DNA from: Nitrosopumilus sp.
Lineage (GTDB): Archaea > Thermoproteota > Nitrososphaeria > Nitrososphaerales > Nitrosopumilaceae
Assembly: GCA_963667665.2 (NCBI GenBank)
Contig: OY763927.2
Location: 736,001 to 800,000, forward strand
Reading direction: 5' to 3'
DNA length: 64,000 nucleotides
The translations under genes were made by a program, and so were the position numbers. Below the pieces are notes generated by a model. It was not told the DNA's origin and did not search any database. It worked only from the letters and a program-made list of their open reading frames with translations. Positions 58,680-64,000 of this stretch are shown here, piece by piece. How positions within the stretch are numbered: position 1 is the first letter of the stretch; the number at the start of each line of letters is the position of its first letter.

Positions 58680-60905
58680 CTAACTTAATTCAATTATGTC
58701 CCTTGCTAATGAATCATGATATTCTATTTGTATTACCATGAATCCTTTGAGAATATGTTTTGGTATTTCAATATTGATGTTACCGTATTTGTCATCATAT
58801 GACATTTGCTCATACATTCTTTTACCATCTTGATCAAAAATTGTTAAAAATATAGGTTCACGATATTCTACAAGTTTTGCAATCTTGCCAGTTATTTTTA
58901 CTGTACTATTAATTGCAGATGCATCTATGACAATTTCCGGTGATTGTATAGAGAGATATAATTTTATATTGTTTTTGAATTGTTGAATTGATTCTGTAGC
59001 AGATTGGATTTTTCCACCAGTGAGATCTTGTTTGATTTTATTTATGAGTAATTGAATTTTCCACAATTGTTTTTCAGAACCAGAATTAGTAAATTTCTTT
59101 ACAAAACTTTCTAGACTTTCAAACGTATTTGCTATTTCCATTATTGCAATCTCATCTGAATTAAAGATCATGCTTTGAAGATCATCATCTTGAATTGATA
59201 TTATCTGTGATTCTTTGGCAGAGCCATGATGTATTTCTGCAATATATAATCCAGATTTTATATCACTGTTCCACAAAATTTGAAAGTCACCATATTTTGT
59301 AGTACGTGAATTAAGTTCTACAATTTCATTATTCTGATTAAAAAGATAAAATGAAACCTTATCCCTTGAATTCAAAGAATGTTTGTATACTGCACCTTTG
59401 ATAGTTAGCAGGTTTGAATCAGAGTCATAGAGTATATCCATCATTATTCTGGGATCATGTGGTAAAAACTTCTGACTTGCAAAATCAATAATTTTGTAGA
59501 TTTTTTTATGACCTACCTCAAAATTCCCGTACAGGATGGATGCTTTAGATTCCCGTATTGATTTATGATATTTCTGATAATCTACAGAAGTATGGTTAAT
59601 GTTTAAACTACTCACCAATGTATCTATTTGTGAAATTTGGTTCAGATAGATCTGCTTTTTTTGTGCAGTTGAAATATCGTGTTGCTTGTAAATGGGCGTG
59701 TAATTTCTTATCTCAGGATAAAATCGCTCAAAGTTAATCCATTCCTGTTCTACTGCATCAAGTAATTGTTGTGCATACCTGAAATCATTTAATTCCAAGG
59801 CATTTTTAATGTTAGATACTCGCTTCAGAGTATTTTTTATTTTTGATTCAAATTCTGGCATTTTCTCTAAATGAGATTTGTCGTTTGCTTTATTTTGTAA
59901 TTGAATTACTTTTTGTTCCATCTGATTCTTGTTATCAAGATACAAGCTATATTCTTTGAGATCTGATTTTATCTTTAAATAATTCTGACTTATATTATGT
60001 AAAATTGCCTTTGACTGTACATCATTATCAAACGGATTTGAATTTTTTTCTATCTTTTTTACCATGTTCAAATTTTTGATGTTTTGTTCTATGAGCATAA
60101 GATCTTGAATATTTTCTTGTTTCTTAGCATCATTTTTGAGTGTTGTAATTTTTACTTCCCATTTTGATATTATTTTATCATCTATTTTACCTACTTTTCC
60201 ATGATACTTTGTTGCAATTTTTGTCATATCTGTTATGGATTGAGATTGTGACATTTCCTTTTTGAAATTATCCCATACTGATTTTACATGTGGATCAATT
60301 ATTATGAATACTGGAGAATGTGTATTTTCATTAATTCTTGAATTGTATTTTATTATTTTTCCCATGTTCTCAACATCTGTTTGAAATGATAAGACATCAT
60401 CAACTGTTTTTGATTCTTTTATTTTTGCATGTATTGGTTCCCATATGTAATGCAGGTATATTTTTGAATCCAGAATTTCATTATATCTTAGCATCTGTTT
60501 AATTTTGTTTGAAGAAATCAATATGTCAATTGATTGTTCTAGATATTTTATCTCATTTTGATATGTTGTGATCTGTTTCATTGTTTCTACCTGTCTCAGT
60601 GATGCCCTAAGATCTCTTAATGAATCAATTATTTCTGGATAGTTTTTTTGTTGGTAAATTTCTTCTAATCCATCAATAGAATTTAAGATATTTTTGACTG
60701 TGTATTGTTGTAATTGTGAAGTTGCATTCCAATTACCTTCTACGTCTGCTTTGAATTTATCTTTTAGAATTAGACTCAAAGAATCAATTTGTTCCAACAT
60801 TGCTACATATTGACTTGCATCTGTTGCATAGACGACATTAACTGGGATAAGAGTAACAAATCCAATTAAAAATATTATGATAATAGTAGATTTAGTATAT
60901 CTCAT
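58680..60905 (-). CDS. Large secreted coiled-coil protein with two C-terminal helical+Ig-like units
   Basis: Signal peptide to VYA; repeated P.I..D...(L/V).I.G...(R).....L.(L/I)F(N/D)Q...KYG...I.(A/Q)(E/I)..H units. Confidence 0.75.
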   Translation of the reverse strand: MRYTKSTIIIIFLIGFVTLIPVNVVYATDASQYVAMLEQIDSLSLILKDKFKADVEGNWNATSQLQQYTVKNILNSIDGLEEIYQQKNYPEIIDSLRDLRASLRQVETMKQITTYQNEIKYLEQSIDILISSNKIKQMLRYNEILDSKIYLHYIWEPIHAKIKESKTVDDVLSFQTDVENMGKIIKYNSRINENTHSPVFIIIDPHVKSVWDNFKKEMSQSQSITDMTKIATKYHGKVGKIDDKIISKWEVKITTLKNDAKKQENIQDLMLIEQNIKNLNMVKKIEKNSNPFDNDVQSKAILHNISQNYLKIKSDLKEYSLYLDNKNQMEQKVIQLQNKANDKSHLEKMPEFESKIKNTLKRVSNIKNALELNDFRYAQQLLDAVEQEWINFERFYPEIRNYTPIYKQHDISTAQKKQIYLNQISQIDTLVSSLNINHTSVDYQKYHKSIRESKASILYGNFEVGHKKIYKIIDFASQKFLPHDPRIMMDILYDSDSNLLTIKGAVYKHSLNSRDKVSFYLFNQNNEIVELNSRTTKYGDFQILWNSDIKSGLYIAEIHHGSAKESQIISIQDDDLQSMIFNSDEIAIMEIANTFESLESFVKKFTNSGSEKQLWKIQLLINKIKQDLTGGKIQSATESIQQFKNNIKLYLSIQSPEIVIDASAINSTVKITGKIAKLVEYREPIFLTIFDQDGKRMYEQMSYDDKYGNINIEIPKHILKGFMVIQIEYHDSLARDIIELS

Positions 60906-61140
60906 TTCATGTTTCTAATAGAATGTAAAAACATACAACTTAACGATTACGTAGAAATGATACGGAATGGTTATAACTTTTGATACAAATTTTACAACAT
61001 CTTTAACATCATAACACTCATCATAATGAGTTTTTGTTAAATAATTTATCATGCAAGTAATTTTAATCGCTCGTCACGACATTAAGAGATATCTATAACG
61101 TAGTTGCTTTTTTTCATTATGTCGTGACAAACTTTTCTTA

Positions 61141-61185
61141 TTTCAATTGCAATTAACAAAAGTTAGAATTAATGCTAGAATCATT
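61141..61185. repeat. Partial copy C of intergenic repeat
   Basis: AATTGCAATTAACAAAAGTTAGAATTAATGCTAGAATC matches the left part of A/D with an internal deletion. Confidence 0.65.
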
Positions 61186-61254
61186 GAGAACATTTTTCTA
61201 ATTATGTTTAATTACAGTTTGGTTAATATTTCGAAAGATTTGATTTCAGCATAG

Positions 61255-62055
61255 ATGACTACAGTGGACAATACTGCAATAATTTGGTCTGTTGTGATAG
61301 TTATCATTGCTGTAGGATTTACAACTCTAGGCAACACGGCAGAGCAGATTGAATCCAAAATTGTCACACCTACTCCATTTAATGTAAAACTTGATGTTGT
61401 AGAACCATCAATATCATCACAAATAACCGTAAAAACAGGCAAGGAGACATATCTCAAAAATGACAAAATCAAAGTTTCAGGTTTGGTAGATCCTGTATTG
61501 CCTGAGATTCAAGTGACCATGGTGGTTATTTCTCCAGAGGGTAATCTTATTGCAATTGCACAAACGGAACTTGATGATAACAAACAATTTTCTGAAACAA
61601 TTCTTACGAGTGGAGTATTATGGACTAGTGAAGGAGAATACTCTATAGAAATAATTTATGGAAAAACAAACACGGCTCAGATAACTTTTGAGTTTATCAT
61701 GCCAGTTGTTTCTGATTTAGTTGTAGAAAAAGTTGAAATTGAGAATTATGATTTACACTATGATATCACAAGTGGAATGGTTCATGACATTACGCTAGAT
61801 GATAATTGTAACTGCATGAATATAATTATTGATGCACAAGATAACGATGGTGTGTTAGCGTTATACCTGCCAAGAGGATTGATAGATGCAAAAATGAGTA
61901 ATGGTGAAGATGATATGTTTTTTATCTTGATGGATGGCGTTGAAATAGCTTATCAAGAAATTGACAGTACGGATTCAAACCGCACAATTGTAATAAAATT
62001 TGAACAAGGAACATCAGATATAGAAGTCATTGGAATTGATCCAAATTGGAGATAG
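61255..62055 (+). CDS. PEFG-CTERM-family surface protein lacking its anchor
   Basis: ITVKTGKETY...GNLIAIAQ...LPRGLIDAK...DDMFFILMDG...IEVIG; in-frame MVLPEF follows the TAG. Confidence 0.8.
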   Translation: MTTVDNTAIIWSVVIVIIAVGFTTLGNTAEQIESKIVTPTPFNVKLDVVEPSISSQITVKTGKETYLKNDKIKVSGLVDPVLPEIQVTMVVISPEGNLIAIAQTELDDNKQFSETILTSGVLWTSEGEYSIEIIYGKTNTAQITFEFIMPVVSDLVVEKVEIENYDLHYDITSGMVHDITLDDNCNCMNIIIDAQDNDGVLALYLPRGLIDAKMSNGEDDMFFILMDGVEIAYQEIDSTDSNRTIVIKFEQGTSDIEVIGIDPNWR

Positions 62056-62073
62056 ATGGTGTTACCAGAATTT

Positions 62074-62298
62074 TGTCAAGTTTTAATTACAATTAGCAAA
62101 AAATTAGCAGTCAGACTTAATGCTAGAGTCTTGGAAAAAGTCTAGCAAAATTATAGCACTCAATTACTCGACAACAAAGTGCTACAAACAATTTTAGCAT
62201 TAATTTGTGTGTAATTTTTTTTGTTTCTAGTGCGTAAAAAACAGAGGGTGCAAGTAGGATTCTGTCAAGATATGTCTTGTAATACTAGGTGATTCTAG
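62074..62298. repeat. ~200-bp intergenic repeat, diverged copy D
   Basis: CAAGTTTT...AAAAATTAGCA...TTAATGCTAGA.TCTT...TTTGTG.GTAA.TTTTTT...CTAGTGCGTAA collinear with copy A. Confidence 0.8.
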
Positions 62299-64000
62299 AA
62301 GGAAGGAGTATGCTATACTCCAGAATACATAACAAATTACATTTGTTTGAATACAATTATTCCTCATTTATCCAAATCAAATGCAACATCCATATCAGAA
62401 CTAATCAAAGAGTATGAAAATAACGTCGACGAACTAGAAAAAAAATTTAAAGAAATGAAAATTTTAGATCCAGCTTGTGGTAGTGGAGCATTTTTAGTAA
62501 AAGCAATCGACATATTACTTGAAATTCATAAAGAAATTCAAGATATAAAAGGAAAAAGTGAAAAACATTCAGAAAAACAGTTACAAATTACGCATGAATG
62601 GGATGAAAATAAAGAAGTCAGAGCAATTATTGAAAATAACATCTACGGGGTAGATATTAATCCAGAATCAATAGATATTACAAAATTAAGCTTATTTCTA
62701 AAATTAGCTTCTAACGAAAGAAAGCTGATTGGATTATCTAACAATATCAAAGTTGGGAATAGTCTAGTAGACGATAATACAATCGATTCACATGGTTTTC
62801 TTTATGATAAAGAATTTCCAGAGGTAATGGAACTTGGCAAATTTGATATTATAATTGGAAATCCTCCATACATCAGAGTACAAAGAATCAAACATGAAAT
62901 AATTGATTTTCTTTTAGAAAAATATGAGTGTGCACACAAAAAATTTGATATTTCATTAATGTTTTTTGAAAAAAGTCTAGAATTGATAAATGAAGATGGA
63001 TTAATAGGCTTCATCTCATCATCACAATGGCTTAACACAGATTATGGTGAAAAATTACGTGAGATGTTGTCAAAAGGTTTGATAAAAGAGATCATAGATT
63101 TTGGAAGTTTACCAATTTTTGAAGATGCTTCTACATATCCAGCCATATTCATTCTAAGTAAAGATATTCAGAAGAGATTACAATACAAAAAAATTAAAGA
63201 TCAATCAAAACTTTCCTTAGAAGGAATAACATCATCAAAAGGCATCCCAATGCAATATTCAAAATTTGGGAAAAAATCATGGTCATTTAATGAATTTGAT
63301 TTAATTTCTCACTTAGAAAAAAATAAAATAAATTGGAATTTACTCTCAACTCATGGTAATTTCTATTATGGAACAATTTCGGGTCAAGATGAAGTATTCA
63401 TTGTCAGTATTGACATAGTTCAAGCAAACAATCTGGAACAAAAATTTCTTTTTCCGTATGCATATCAAGGAAGAGAAGTTAAGAAATTTCTAAAAACAAT
63501 TCCATCCGAAATGATTATCTATCCATACAAATCAGATTCAGATGGAAAGGCAATTTTGATGAAAGAGGATGAATTGAAGTCCAAAGCGCCTAACATTCAC
63601 AATTATTTACTCAAACACAAACCAAAGTTACTTGAAAGAAAAGATTCTCGAAAATTTTATGCAAAAGGAGAGAATTGGTTTAAACTTGTTAGACAAGGAA
63701 ATTTTAACTTAATCTATCCAAAAAAACTTTTGATAAAAGGCATAGAAAAAGAATCAGTTGTAGGCTTTTTATCAGAAAATACTGCTTTTAGTGGGGCAAA
63801 TTCACCTGCATTCATACTTGAAAATGAGAAATATGACTGGAAGGTGTTCTTGTGCATTTTAAATTCAACATTAATTTCACAATATCTACAATCAATTTGT
63901 CCTGCAAAATTACACGGATTCTTTAGATTTAACACAAACAGTCTCAACACAATTCCAATACCTGAATATATTAACAAATCCGAGATTCAGGAATTGGAGA
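62299..64000 (+). pseudogene. 5'-truncated type IIG (Eco57I-like) R-M N6-adenine methyltransferase, runs off window
   Basis: Open frame after TAG 62296-62298: KEGVCYTPEYI...ILDPACGSGAFL...IYGVDIN...GNSL...IIGNPPY; first ATG at 62455; no nuclease N-terminus. Confidence 0.85.

Noticed and set aside
57335-62298. Firm call as a canonical integron
   Set aside because: No IntI in the window, mixed gene orientation, sites longer than typical attC and weak end-to-end hairpin; kept only as an alternative hypothesis
700-63977. Many short antisense/overlapping ORFs in the track (e.g. 8592..8975, 33297..33854, 37248..37655, 48516..48983, 62802..63038)
   Set aside because: Shadow frames of well-supported genes on the other strand, with no motifs

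Overview
AT-rich archaeal chromosome segment, most consistent with an ammonia-oxidising Nitrosopumilaceae (Thaumarchaeota). Supporting genes: stand-alone aEF-2, TFB, Alba, PEFG-CTERM blue-copper protein, futalosine-pathway mqnD/mqnE, and many lineage-typical small proteins. Core genes occupy about 1-6.2 kb and 19.6-52 kb. No rRNA, tRNA, CRISPR array, Cas1 or integrase was recognised. Island 1 (about 6.2-19.55 kb) lies directly downstream of aEF-2. It holds two IS5-family elements plus a remnant, a secreted PBP2 repeat protein, and a 1559-aa secreted protein of three type-1 binding-protein modules with tandem Cache domains inserted in the middle one. It also holds a 4.2-kb unit bounded by IS6-like ends with an 8-bp target duplication that carries decayed R-M genes. 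Island 2 (about 52-64 kb) looks like a gene-cassette array. One gene is bracketed by a perfect 27-bp direct repeat. Further unrelated genes are separated by a co-oriented ~200-bp non-coding repeat with TAGCA-N10-TGCTA cores, and the edges of one copy coincide with gene truncations. All calls come from reading the sequence by eye; no searches were run.
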